Source of the DNA: the human T2T-CHM13v2.0 reference genome, Homo sapiens
Length of the DNA: 64,000 bases
Direction: 5' to 3' (one strand)
Assembly: GCF_009914755.1 (NCBI RefSeq)
Contig: NC_060947.1
Shown: positions 44,901 to 57,130 of the stretch, piece after piece
Position numbering within the stretch: the first letter of the stretch is position 1
Layout of the letters: each line of letters starts with the position of its first letter
Program-made: the position numbers and the translations under genes
The notes under the pieces: generated by a model
Database searches by the model: none
Seen by the model: only the letters and a program-made list of their open reading frames with translations
Told to the model about the DNA's origin: nothing

Positions 44901-45187
44901 CAAGGAAGGGATGAAGGGATTTATTCAAAATGAAAGTACACTCCACAGTTTGGGAGCAGGTCTGAGCCTAGGGGCTCAAAGGCCCCATTACAGAATTTTT
45001 GGGAGTTTAAATACCCCCTAGAGGATTCCATTGTTTACTTTGGGTATGCCCTGTGTAAATGAAGAGGATGAAGCAAAGTTACAAAGTCATTTATGGCATA
45101 TGCCCTATGGAGAGGATATTTCCTCTTATAGCTGAAGTGTGAATTGGCCTTATGTTCCCTGCCTCTAGACCACATTTTCCTGCCTCA
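38914..45187 (-). mobile_element. MER61-type (MER4-group ERV1) provirus: complete 5' LTR 44831-45187, degenerate internal region, truncated 3' LTR 38914-39068
   Basis: Both LTRs end ...gctgaagtgtgaattggccttatg..cctgcctc..gac..attttcct.cctca (minus strand TGAGG..); PBS-like TTTGGCAAGCCAGCC follows the 5' LTR. Confidence 0.8.
39750..40250 (-). pseudogene. Degenerate env TM remnant
   Basis: Manual translation AMIRNVSLMIGSIANSTVKATVTQ*TLSSLVKVMIELAKQRSVCAAAGTCGLWRNTS resembles a gamma-type TM heptad plus CX6CC region. Confidence 0.65.
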
Positions 45188-45209
45188 ATGTAAAAATGGC
45201 TTAAAACAC

Positions 45210-47524
45210 ATTGTATGTTTTTCAATTTGTGGTTACTATGAGGCTTGCAAATACTACTTTATAACCCATTATTTTAAGCTGATGACAACTTAACACTGAT
45301 TGTATAAACAAACAAACATGCAAAAAGAAAACTAATAAACACTATACATTATACCCTCACTTTTTAATGTTTTCTTGTTTCTCTTTATGTTTTATTGTAT
45401 TATGTTGTAAAAAGTTGTGATTATTATTAGTTGGTTCATTATTTAGTCTTTCTACTTAAGATAAGAGTAGTTTATACACCCCCATTATATTGTCATGCTA
45501 TTCTGTTTTTTTTTTCTGTGAGCTTATTCTTACCTGTACATTTTGTACTTTCAGATGATTTCTTATTGCTCATTAACATCCTTTTCTTTCTGTTTGAGGT
45601 ACTCTCTTTAGTATTTCTGGTAGGACAGGTCTGACGTTGAAATACCTCAGCTTTTATTTACATGGGAAAGTCTTTATTTCTCCTTTATGTTTGAAGGATA
45701 TTTTTACTGGATATACTCTTTTAGGATAAAAGTATTTTTGTTTAAGCACTTTAAATATATCATGCCACTTTCTCCTGGCCTGTAAGGTTTCCAATGAAAG
45801 GTCTCCTACCAGATATATTGGAGATCCATTGTATGCTAGCTGTTTCTTTTCTTTTGCTACTTTTATAATCCTTTCTTTAACCTTGACCTTTGGAAGTTTG
45901 ATTATTAAATGTCTTGAAGCAGTCTTTCTTGATATAAATCTCCTTGGTGTTCTGTAACCTTCTTTTAGTTGAATGTTAATATCTTTCTGTAGGTTTGGGA
46001 AGTCATGTGGTTTTATCCCTTTGAATAAACTTTCTACCTCTATCTCTTTCTCTTCCTCCTCTTTAAAGCGAATAACTCTTATATTTGCCATTCTGAGGCT
46101 ATTTTCTAGTTCTTGGAGTCATGTTTTATTATTGTTGTTTTTTTTTTAATTTGTCTCCTCTGACTGATTTCATTTACCCTGTTTTTAGGCTTACTAATTC
46201 TTCCTCCTGCTTATTTAATTCTGCCATTAAGAGACTCTGATACATTCTTCAGCATATTAGTTGCATGTTTCACCTCTATAATTTCTACTTGATTCTCTTA
46301 ATTATTTCAATCTTCGTTATATTTTTCTGATGGCATTCTGAATACCTTCTCTGTGTTTTCTTGAATTTCTTGGGTTTCCTCAAAACAACTATTTTGAATT
46401 CTTTGTCTGAAAGGTTATATATCTTTGTTTCTCCAGGATTGGTCTCTGGTAACTTGTTTAGTTTTATTGGTAAGGTCATGTTTTACTGGAAGGGGATGAT
46501 GCTTGCAGATATTTGTCAGTGTCTGGGCATTGAAGAGTTAGGTATTCATTGTAGTCTTTACAGTCTGGGCTTGTTTGTGCCTGTCCTTCTTGGGAAGGCT
46601 TTTTAGGTATTCAAAGGGACTTGAGCCCCAAGTATAATAATGCTGTCTTTTTTGCAGGCTTGTAGAGGTACTGTCTTGGTTGTCTTGGATAAAATCTGGA
46701 AGAATTCTGTGGATTACCAGGTAGAGACTCTTGTTCTTTTCTTTTACTTTCTCCTAAATGAATGGGTGTCTCTGTCTTTGCTGAGCCACCTGGGAATAGA
46801 GGTGTGGTTATGCAAGCACCCCTGTGGCCACCACCACTGGTACTGCACTGGGTCAGACCTGAAGCCAGAATAGCACTGGGTCTTGCTGAAGGCCCTTCCC
46901 TTCAGGGCAGCAATTTCCCCCATGCCATGGATGGGCATAGAGATGCTGTTGGAAGCCAGAAATTGAAGCAAAAAACCTTAGCAGTTTACCTAATATTATA
47001 GTCCATTGCAGCTAAGCTCTCAAACGATACAAAGTTCTTCCCATTCTTCTTTTTCCTTTCCATAGGCAGAGGAGCCTCTCCATGTTGCCACCATAAGCAC
47101 TCAAACAATACAAAGTTCTTCCCACTCTTCTTTTTCCTTTCCATAGGCAGAGGAGCCTCTCCATGTTGCCACTACAACCACTGGTCCACAAGGGGTTCTG
47201 CTCATCTACTTCCAATATTGACTTAAAGCCCAAGGTCTGGTCAGTCAGCTCATGGTGAATGTTGCCAGGTCTTGGACTCACTCTTCAGCATAGTGGGCTC
47301 CCCTCTTGCCCAGGGCGGGTCTAGAAATGCTGTCCAAAAGCCTAGGCCTGGACTCAGGGTCCCCAAGAACCTGTTTATTGCTCTGCCCCACTGTGGCTGA
47401 GCTACTAGCTAATTTTTTGTTCTTGTAATGGTGCATTGGTGTGCAGATAGTTGTCAAAATTTGCTGTTCCAGCAGGAGGACAAATAGTATAGGCTTCTAT
47501 TTTTCTAACTTACTCCACCTTCCC
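45210..47524 (-). mobile_element. L1MA 5' portion (spacer, ORF1, 5'UTR)
   Basis: ORF 45654..46091 (LSLETLQARRKWHDIFKVLK...YPVKISF) is L1 ORF1p; L1MA-type 5' terminus near 47520. Confidence 0.85.
47013..47171. repeat. 81-bp tandem duplication, about 2 copies
   Basis: taagc(t/a)ctcaaac(g/a)atacaaagttcttccca...ccatgttgccac starts at 47013 and 47094. Confidence 0.92.
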
Positions 47525-48965
47525 AGAAAACTGCTTTAACTCAACTGTGCTACATATGCTCAAAGATCTAAAGGCATTCATGAACAAAGAAATAAAGGAA
47601 ATAAGAATAATGTATCAACAAACAGAAAATATCAATTAAAATACATAAATTATTAATAGGAACCAAACATAAATTCTAGACCTGAAAGTACAATGGCTTA
47701 AATGAAAATTATACTAGAGGAGATAAACAGAGGATTTAAGAAGAGAGAAGAAATAATCAACAAAATCGAAGCTAGATGAATTGAAATTATCTAGTCTGAG
47801 GAGAGGTAAAGAGGAAAATGAACAGTGCCTAAAGACCTGTGGAACATCATTGTTCCTGGTTAAATAGTGCCTACCCCCCAAAAAAACTTTGTGTTAACCT
47901 AGAATCTTAGAATTTGACCTTTTTTGGAAATAGAGCCTATGTAGATATAATTAGTTAAGATAACATCAACATGAAATTAGGAAGGGCCCCAATCCAATTA
48001 CTGGTGTTGTTATAGGAAGATAAAGCAGAAAAGATAGACATGAGGAAGAATGCCATGGAAAGATAGACGTGGTGGTTGGGGTGATATGTCTATAAGTCAA
48101 GAGACATAAAGGGTTGCTGACAACCACCAGAGGCTAGGAGAGAATCATAAAAACAGATTCTCCCCCAGAGCCTCTAGTAAAAATCAATTCTGTTGATACC
48201 TTGATTTCTGATTCCAGCCTCTATAACTGTGAGAGAATAAATTTCTGTTGTTTTAAGCCACCCTGTTTCTGCTACCTAATTATGGCAGCTTTAGGAAACT
48301 AATACAACCATCAAACATAAGAGCACATGCATTATGGGAGTTGCAGAAGGAGAATAAATAAATGAAGAGAAAGAATTTTGAAGAAATTATAGCTCCAAAT
48401 GTTCTGAATTCTTTAATATTTCCTCATTCTATAAAATACATTAATTTACACATGCAAGAAGCTCTACAAATTTAAGAAATAAGAGATCAGCATTACTGAT
48501 TCTAAGGGCATAAAAAGAGTAATAAAGGACAACTGAAAAACTAAATACCCATAAATATAAAAACGTGAATAAAATGAAAAAATAAGAAAGGCACAAAAAA
48601 CAAAGCTTATGCAAAAAATTGATTTTCTAAACTTGTCAATGACTACTAAAAATATTGATTTAATAATCCAAAAAAGAAAGCAACTCTTCCAAGATGGGTT
48701 CACTAGAAAATTCTGCAAAGCATTTAGGTAAGAAATTATACCAATTCTCTACAATCAAGTCCAGAAATCAGGATAAACCACTTTCTACCTCATTCTATGA
48801 GATCAGCATTACTCTAATACCTAATACCAAAACCAAAAACATTACAAGAAAAACAATACTGCAGATCAAGATTTCTCATGAGCATAGATGCAATAATGCT
48901 CAAAAGAGTATTAGTAAATAAGTCCAACAATGTATAAAAGACGTTCACACTGACTAATGGGGTTT
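47525..48965 (+). mobile_element. Old L1M (ORF1 then ORF2 remnants); continues at 63274-64000
   Basis: ORF1-like gaaattatctagtctgaggag..gacctgtggaac; ORF2-like SFYEISITLIP. Confidence 0.75.
47851..48306 (+). mobile_element. MLT1B/C MaLR solo LTR
   Basis: TG...agaataaatttctgttgttttaagccacc...ggaaactaataCA; near-TSD atcat/accat. Confidence 0.85.
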
Positions 48966-48968
48966 CAA

Positions 48969-49026
48969 GTATGTATGTATGTATGTATGTATGTATGTAT
49001 GTATGTATGTATTTATTTATTTATTT
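48969..49026. repeat. (TATG)n(TATT)n, derived from the L1PB tail
   Basis: Directly visible. Confidence 0.92.
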
Positions 49027-49384
49027 TCCTGCTTTTTAAAAAATTTCAATAGGTTTTTGGGGAACAGGTGGTGTTTGCTTACATGAATAAGTTATTTAGT
49101 GTTAATTTCTAAGAGTTTGGTGCACTCCTCTCCTGAGCACTGCACAATGTACTCAATGTGTAGTTTTTATTCCTTACCTCCCTCACTCTTTCCCCTGAGT
49201 CCCCAAAGTCCATTGCATTATTCTTATGCTTTTGAATCCTCATGGCTTAGCTCCCACTTATGAGTGAGAACAACAATGTTTGCTTTTACAGCCCTGAGTT
49301 ACTTCAATAAGAACAATGATCTCCAATTCCATCCAGGTTGCCATTATTTTATTCTTTTTCATGGCTGAGTAGTATTCCAAGGCA

Positions 49385-49387
<3 letters not shown>

Positions 49388-49442
<55 letters not shown>

Positions 49443-49446
49443 TATA
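49388..49446. repeat. (TA)n microsatellite
   Basis: Directly visible. Confidence 0.95.
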
Positions 49447-51429
49447 TCACATCATTTTCTTTATCCACTCATTGATTGATGGGCATTTTGGGTTAGTTCT
49501 AAGTTTTTTAAATTTTGAATTCTCCTGTTATAAAAATGTGTGTGCAGATATCTTTTTGTTATAATGACTTATTTTCCTCTGGATAGATACCCAGGAGTGG
49601 GATTGCTGGATCAAATGATACATCTACTTTTAGTTCTTTAAAGAATCTCCACACTGTTTTTCATAGTGGTTGTACTAGTTTACATTCCCACCAACAGTGT
49701 AAAAGTGTTTTCTTTTCACTGCATCTACACCAACATCTATTATTTTTTTATTATGGTCATTCTTGCAGGAGTGTGGTTGTATTGCATTGTGGTTTTTTTG
49801 CCATTTGTGTATCTTCTTTGAGAATTGTATATTCATGTCCTTAGCCCACTTTTTGATGGGATTTTTTTCTTTCTTGCTTGCTGATTTGTTTGAGTTCCTT
49901 GTAGATGCTGGGTATTAGTCCTTTGTTTGACATATAGACTGCAAAGATTGTCTTCCACTCTGTGGGTTGTCTGTTTAATCTGCTGATTATTTCTTTCACT
50001 GGACAGAAGGCTTTTAGTTTAATTAAGGGCTTACCTATTTATCTTTGTTTTTGTTGCATTTGCTTTTGTGTTCCAGGTCATAAAGCCTTTGCATAAGCCA
50101 ATGTCTAGAAGTATTTTTCCAATGTTATATTCTAGATTTTTTATGGTTTTGTGTCTTAGACTTAAGTTTGTGACCCATCTTGAGTTGATTTTTGTATAAG
50201 ATGAGAGACAAGGTTCCAGTTTTATTCATCTGTATGTAGCTTGCGAATTACCCCAGCACCATTTGATGAATAGGGTGTCCTTTCCTCACTTTATGTTTTT
50301 GTTTGCTTTGTTGAAGATCAGTTGACTGTAAGTATATGGCTTTATTTCTGCGTTCTCTATTCTGTTCCATTGGTCTATATGCCTATTTTTATACCAGTAC
50401 CATGCTGTTCTGGTGACTATGGCTTTATAGTATAGCTTGAAGTTGGGTAATGTAATGCCACCAGATTTGTTCTTTTTGCTTAATCTTGCTTTGGCTACGT
50501 GAGCTCTTTTTTAGTTTCATGTAAACCTTAGCATTGTTTTTTCTAGTTCTGTGACAAATTATGGTGGTATTTTGATGGAAATTGCATTGAATTTGTAGAT
50601 TGCTTTTGTCAGTGTGGTCATTTTTACAATATTGTTTCAACCAATCCATGAGCATGGAATGTGTTTCTAGTCATTTATGTCATCTATGATTTCTTTCAGC
50701 AGTGTTTTGTAGTTTTTCTTGTAGAGATTTCTCACTTTTTTGGTTGTCTTCCTAAGTATTTTAGGTTTTTGGCACTGATTTGTTTACATTAATTTTGTAT
50801 CCAATATTTTGCTGAATCCATTTACCAGTTCTAGGAGCTTTTTGAAGGAGTCTATAGGGTTTTCTAGGTATATGATCATGCCATCAGAAAAGAGCAACAG
50901 CTTGAATTCCTCATTACCTGTTTGGATGCCCCTTATTTCTTCCTCTTATCTGATTGCTTTGGCTAGGATTTCCAGTTCTATTATATATATATGGGTTTAT
51001 TAAGTGTTACCTTACACTATCACAAGGTCTCACAATAGGCCATCTGTAGGCTGAGGAGCAAGGAGAGCCAGTCTGAGTTCCAAAACTGAAGAACTTGGAG
51101 TTTGATGTTCGAGGGCAGGAAGAATCCAGCATGGAAGAAAGATATAGGCTTGGAGGTAGGTCTGTCTCCTTTTTTCCCATTTTTCTGCCTGCTTATATTC
51201 TAGCCACACTGGCAGCTGATTAGATTGTGCCCACCCAGGTTAAGGGTGGGTTTGCCTTTCACAGCCCACTGACACAGATGTTAATCTCCTTTAGCAACAC
51301 CCTCACAGACACATTCAAGATCAATACTTTGTATCCTTCAATCCTATCAAGTTGACACTCAGTATTAACCATTGCAAGTTCCCCCCTTGTCAATGTGAAC
51401 ACATAAGTACCTCCTGAGATCATACATAA

Positions 51430-51645
<216 letters not shown>

Positions 51646-51976
51646 TAATATTCAAATAAAGACAATAATGAGATAATAATTACACCTAACATAATACAAC
51701 TATCCTTTGCACAACCAGAAAGGCACCAACCCCCAACCCAAATACTATTACATAAAGTTAACTATGCTTAAATGCTGACGTGAGATCAATAAATCTTACG
51801 TCACATGATAAAAGAGAAAGGAAATGAAATGAAGATATTTTCTCAGTACAAGTGTGTACATGCACAAACATGTTTTTTACAAAAGAAGGAGGAAATACTC
51901 ATGAAAATTTCTGTCCTTATTTCTGCAGGTGGTCACATGATCATAGCTGGTATTGATGACTACTATCTTCTACTAC

Positions 51977-52430
51977 TCATTCTGTATTCCCTTCACCTTC
52001 AGCAAGCATCTCGGCAGGTTGTGCTTTTTTTCCTGGTGGAGTGACCCAAACCTTCATTCCTGAAGGGTCTGGGTCATTTGTAGTCCTGCCTGGATTGGGC
52101 TCTTGTAGCTTCCCATTGAACTTAACCACAGGGCATGGTAATGCTAAGAGATGCCCTAATGGATCTCCTGTATTCCATGCATACTCTTCCTTACCTCCAT
52201 TGTGGAGTAGTAGACTGTTTTCATTTTGGTAGTCCTGGTCAATCACCCTAGCCAACACTGTAACTCCTTTCTTAGCCTGTTGACTCAAAGGCAGGAGGAG
52301 CCCAAAGTGTCCAGGTGGCAATCTTCACTTCCAGCTCAATGGAATCATTGTTGTGTCTCTTGGTGGCATCATTCTTCCCTCTGGAACTAAGACCTCTAGG
52401 CCAGCACAGTGAAATGTAGCAGGAACAGGA
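51977..52430 (-). pseudogene. HERV-L dUTPase remnant
   Basis: PPGHFGLLLP...GVTVLARVIDQDYQ...LLLHNGG..WNTGDPLG, downstream of integrase as is typical for ERV-L. Confidence 0.85.
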
Positions 52431-52439
52431 AACAAAAAT

Positions 52440-55150
52440 TTTGCTAATGGATCACTAGGGGGCTGGCAAGCGGTGTCACTTCCACTTCCACCTTTTGATT
52501 CCTGGACCCGTGAATCCTGGGTATAGGAGAAACAGTATTACATATTGGATGCTGATTTAGAACATACATGACATTCTGGAGAACTTTGCCCCAGGCCTGC
52601 AAAGTATTGTCACCTGGTTGATGTTGCAATTGTGACTTCAAAAGGCCATTCCACCGTTCTATCAATTCAGCTGCTTCAGGATGATAGGAAACATGGTAAG
52701 ACCAGTGAATTCCATGAGCATGAGCCCACTGTCACACTTATTTAGCCATAAAGTGAGTGCCTTGGTCAGAGGCAATGCTGTGTTGTTTACCATGACAGTG
52801 GATAAGGCATTCTGTGAGTCCATGGATGGTAGTATTGGCAGAAGCATTGCGGGTAGGATAGGCAAGTCCATATCCAAAGTAAGTTTCTAATCCAGTGAGA
52901 ACAAGCCTCTGCCCTTTCCATGATGGAAGAGGTTCAATATAATCAACCTGCCACCAGGCAGCTGGCAGATCACCCCAAAGAATGGTGCCATATTGAAGGC
53001 TCAGTGTTGTTCTCTGCTGCTGGCAAAATGGACACTCAGCGGTGGCAGTAGCCAGGTCAGCCTTGGTGAGTGGAATTCATGTTGCTGAGCCTATGTGTAA
53101 CCTCCATCCCTGCCACCTTGTCCACTTTGTTCATTGGACCATTGGGTGATGGCAGGGGTGTCTGGGAAAGGAGGCTGAGTGGGGTCCACAGAATGGGTCA
53201 TCCTACCCACTTGATTATTAAAATCCTTAAAATCCTCCTCCGTTGAGGTCACCCATTGGTGAGCACTCACATGAGATATTAATATCTTTACAGTTTTTGA
53301 CAAAGAGAAGGTCCATCCATATTCCTCTTTCCCTAATTTCTTTGTCTCCAATTTTCCAATCATGCTTCTTTGAAGTCCCTAAACATCCAGTGCAACCATT
53401 GGCTACAGTCCATGAATCAGTATATAATAACACATCTGGAAATTTCTCCTTCCATGCAAAGTGCACGACCAGGTGCACTGTTCAAAGTTCTGCCCACTGG
53501 GAAGATTTCTCTTCACCACTGTCCCTCAGGAATATCCTAGAAAGGGGCTGTAGTGCTGCAGCTGTCAACTTTTGGACAGTGTCTGCATATGGTGCAGAAC
53601 CCTCTATGAACTAGGCCCTAGTCTTCCCTTCCTCTGCCAACTGATCATAGGGAACTCCACATTAGGCCATCAGTGCAGGTTGGGGGAGAGAAGGCAGGAT
53701 GGCAGGAGTGGAGACGATGGGCATTTGAGCCACTTCCTCATGTAACTTACTTGTGACTTCAGGACCTGCTGAAGCCTGATCATGTATATGCCACTTCCAT
53801 TTGATGATGGAATGCTGCTGTGCACTACCCACTTTATGGCTAGATTGGTCAGAAAGTGCCCAGTTCATGATAGGAAGCTCAGGTCACATGGTGACTTCAT
53901 GGCTTATAGTCAAACATTCAGTTTCTACCAATGCTTAGTAACAGGCCAAGAGCTGTCTCTCAAAAGAAGAATGGTTACCTGCAGAAGATGGCAGGGCCTT
54001 GGTCTGAAATCCTAGATGCCTCCACTGTGATTCACCTATGGGGGCCTTCCAAAGACTCCAAACAGCATCCTTATCTACCAATGACAACTCAAGCACCATT
54101 GGATCTGCTGTTCATATGGCCCAAGTGGCAGAGCAGCTTGCACAGCAGCCTGGACCTATTGCAGAGCCTTCTCCTGTTCTGGACCCCATTCAAAACTTGC
54201 AACCTTTCAGGTCACTCAATAAATGGGCTGGAGTAACACACCCAAATGAGGAGTGTATTGCCTCCAATATCGAAATAGGCCCACTAGGCATTGTGCCTCT
54301 TTCCTGGTTGTAGGAAGGGCCAAATGCAGCAACTTATCCTTCACCTTAGAAGGCATATCTTGACAGACCCCAGACCACTGGACCCCTGGGAATTTTACTG
54401 AGGTAGAAGGTCCCTGAATTTTAGTTGGATTTATTTCTCATCTTCTGGCATGCAATTGTCTCACCAATAAGTCTTGTGTGTTTGCTAATTCTTGCTCACT
54501 GGATCCAATCAGCATAATGTCATCAATGTAATGGACCAGTGTGGTATCTTGCAGAAGCAAAAAGCGATCAAGGTCTCTTTGAATAAGATTATAACATAAG
54601 GCTGGCAGTTGATATACCCCTGAGGTAGGACTGTAAAGGTATATTGCTAACCTTGCCAACTACAGGCAAATTGCTTCTGGTGGGCCTTATGGACAGGAAT
54701 GGAGAAAAAGGCATTTGCCAAGTCAATGGCTGCATAGCAGGCACCAGGAGGTGTGTTAATTTGCACAAGCAATGAAACCATATCTGGTACAGCAGCTGCA
54801 ATTGGTGTCACTACTAGGCTAAGCTTAGAATAATCCACTGTCATTTTCCAAGATTCATCTGTCTTCTGCACAGGCCAAATGGGAGAGTTGAGTGGGGACG
54901 TGGTGAGAATCACCATCCCTGTATCTTTCAAGTCCTCGATGGTGGCACTAATCACCACAATCTCTCCAGGGATGCAATATTGTTTTTGACTTACTATTTT
55001 TCTAGGTAAAGGCAGCTCTAATGGATTACATTTGGCTTTTTCCACAATAATAACCCTCACCTTGCCAATCCAGAAGCCAATGTGGGGTTTCTGCCAGCTA
55101 CTAAGTATGTCTATGCCAATTGTGTATTCTGGCACTGGGGAAATGACCAC
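52440..55150 (-). pseudogene. HERV-L pol remnant (RT, RNase H, integrase)
   Basis: NSPIWPVQKTD..WKMTVDY, AIDLANAFFSIP and HYIDDI (RT); YTDSWTVANG (RNase H); IERWNGLLKSQL (integrase); many frameshifts. Confidence 0.92.
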
Positions 55151-55179
55151 AGGATGAGTCCGGGGACTCAGCCTCCTCT

Positions 55180-57130
55180 TCGTTCAAGGGGTTCTGGGTC
55201 TGTAAACTGGCTCAAGTCTGGAAATTGATTGAGGGGCCATGATTCTCTGTTTTTGTAATTCAAATTAGTCTTTTGTCCATTTGACCTGGAAGTTCTCTGC
55301 TTGTATAAATTAAGTAGGAATGCAGTAGGCTTCCTATCAATTTTACTTCCAGGAACACTGTGATTATTTAACCAATGCCAGAGGTCTACAAGAGTCAGAT
55401 GTTCTGATTACTGCTTTGTGTCTTCTGTCCATTACAGTAGCTATGCACATCTTGCCTTTGAAGGTTGGGGGCCACCCCTTGGCCCCTGCCGCCTCAGAAT
55501 CTAATTATTTTTATTGTATTTAAATTTTGTAGTTGAGTGACTCCGGTTCCTACTGTTAGATCTGACATACAGAGAAGAGCAATTACAGGGCTCTTCAAAG
55601 ATGCAGATGCTGCCCTCATAAATCTGTTTTGCAAGACATTAGTCAAGGGTATATCTTCTGGACCCTCCCAGCTGGGAAGAGTAGGTCTAAAATGACTAAT
55701 CCATTCCACCATCCCAATCTCCCTAAGTCTTTGGATCTCTTCCTCTACATTAAAACAAGGAAGATCATCTCACTTACAGTGGGCCATCTTTTAATCCATA
55801 TTTCAGTTAACCAAGCAAATAAACTATTAGAACCCTTTTTAACTCCCTGAGCTGCAACATTAAATGCAGATTCCCTACTTAGTGGGCCCAAATCAATACA
55901 TTCAGCCTGATTCAACTCTGTTTCTTCCACCATTATCCCACACCCTTAATATCTATTTCCATGCCTGTTCTCCAGATTTCTGTTTATATAAATTAGAAAA
56001 TTCAAGCTTTTTTTTTTTTTTTTGACAGAGTCTCACTCTGTCACCAGGCTGGAGTGCAGTGGCATGATCTTGGCTCAGTGCAACACCCAATCCTGGGTTC
56101 AAGCCATTCCCCTGCCTCATCCTCCCGAGTAGCTGGGGCTACAGGCGTGTGTCACCACACCCAGCAAATTTTTGAATTTTTAGTAAGGATGGGGTTTCAC
56201 CATGTTGACCAGGATGGTCTCGATCTCTTGACCTCATGATCCGCCTGCTGTGGCCTCCCTTTTCGAGTGTAGTGCACCTCCTCTTGAGTCACACTTTCAA
56301 CCTCACCTCAAGGGGCCTGCCAGGACTTCAGTCTATTGATAGGTCTAGAAGCAAACAGGGGAGTTGAGGGTAACACCTGAGGAGAATCAACATTATTTTG
56401 CCTGGCAACTGCCTCATGGGAGGTCATTACTACTGCTTCAGGGAGCACAGGGTTTATCTCCTCAGGTAAAGGTGGAAAAGCTGATGGCAGCATGGGTCAG
56501 AGAGGGAGTATAGCCACTACTGGAGATGGGGAAGCTGTTTCCTCTGGGCAAAAAAAGGTTCATTAGCATTTACAAATTCAGTGTCCCTAGCTTCATCAGG
56601 GTCCTTTCACATGTCCCCATTCCAAGTTGCAAGGTCCCATTCTTTTCCAATCAATGCCCTCAGTTTAGCAATAGACACCTGGCATGCACCTTTCATTGCA
56701 GGTCTGCCACTTACATGAGAAGAGCTTGTGTCTGCTTTTCCACAATTTCAGCTCTTTCTCTACAGGAGATAAGACTCTCACTCAGGGCAGTCTTAGCAGA
56801 TTTGTGGCTCAGTATCTGCTTCTGAAACCAGGAGATAGAAACCCTGAGTTCACCATTTTCTTTCACCACTTTGTCCACTGAATTTAGGACCAACCAACCA
56901 GCTTCATTATATTCCTTGGTTCTCCACATATTGTCAAAGGTATTATTTATAGAGTCACTAAACTCCTTGCCTCTCATGAGCGGTAAATCAGGAGTGTCAA
57001 ATGCATTTCTTTTTCATAAATCTCTAAACAGTTCAATCCAAGGACTATCGGTGTTCTCCATACTATTAGAAGTAGAGTCCTTAGCATTTTTAGGTGTAAT
57101 CATATTAAGCAGCCAACTCCAGAAACCCCA
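55180..57130 (-). pseudogene. HERV-L gag remnant
   Basis: ORFs 56711..56977, 56308..56493, 55745..55933 and 55494..55712 are HERV-L Gag-like (NEAGWLVL, WEGPEDIP); interrupted by an Alu. Confidence 0.85.
56008..56259 (-). mobile_element. AluSc-like element lacking ~40 nt at the 5' end, inside HERV-L gag
   Basis: ctctgtcaccagg and aggatggtctcgatctcttgacctc diagnostics. Confidence 0.9.

Noticed and set aside
51977-55150. Domesticated HERV-L enzyme (dUTPase or RT)
   Set aside because: Frames are fragmented, the longest is 167 aa, and the dUTPase motifs are degenerate.
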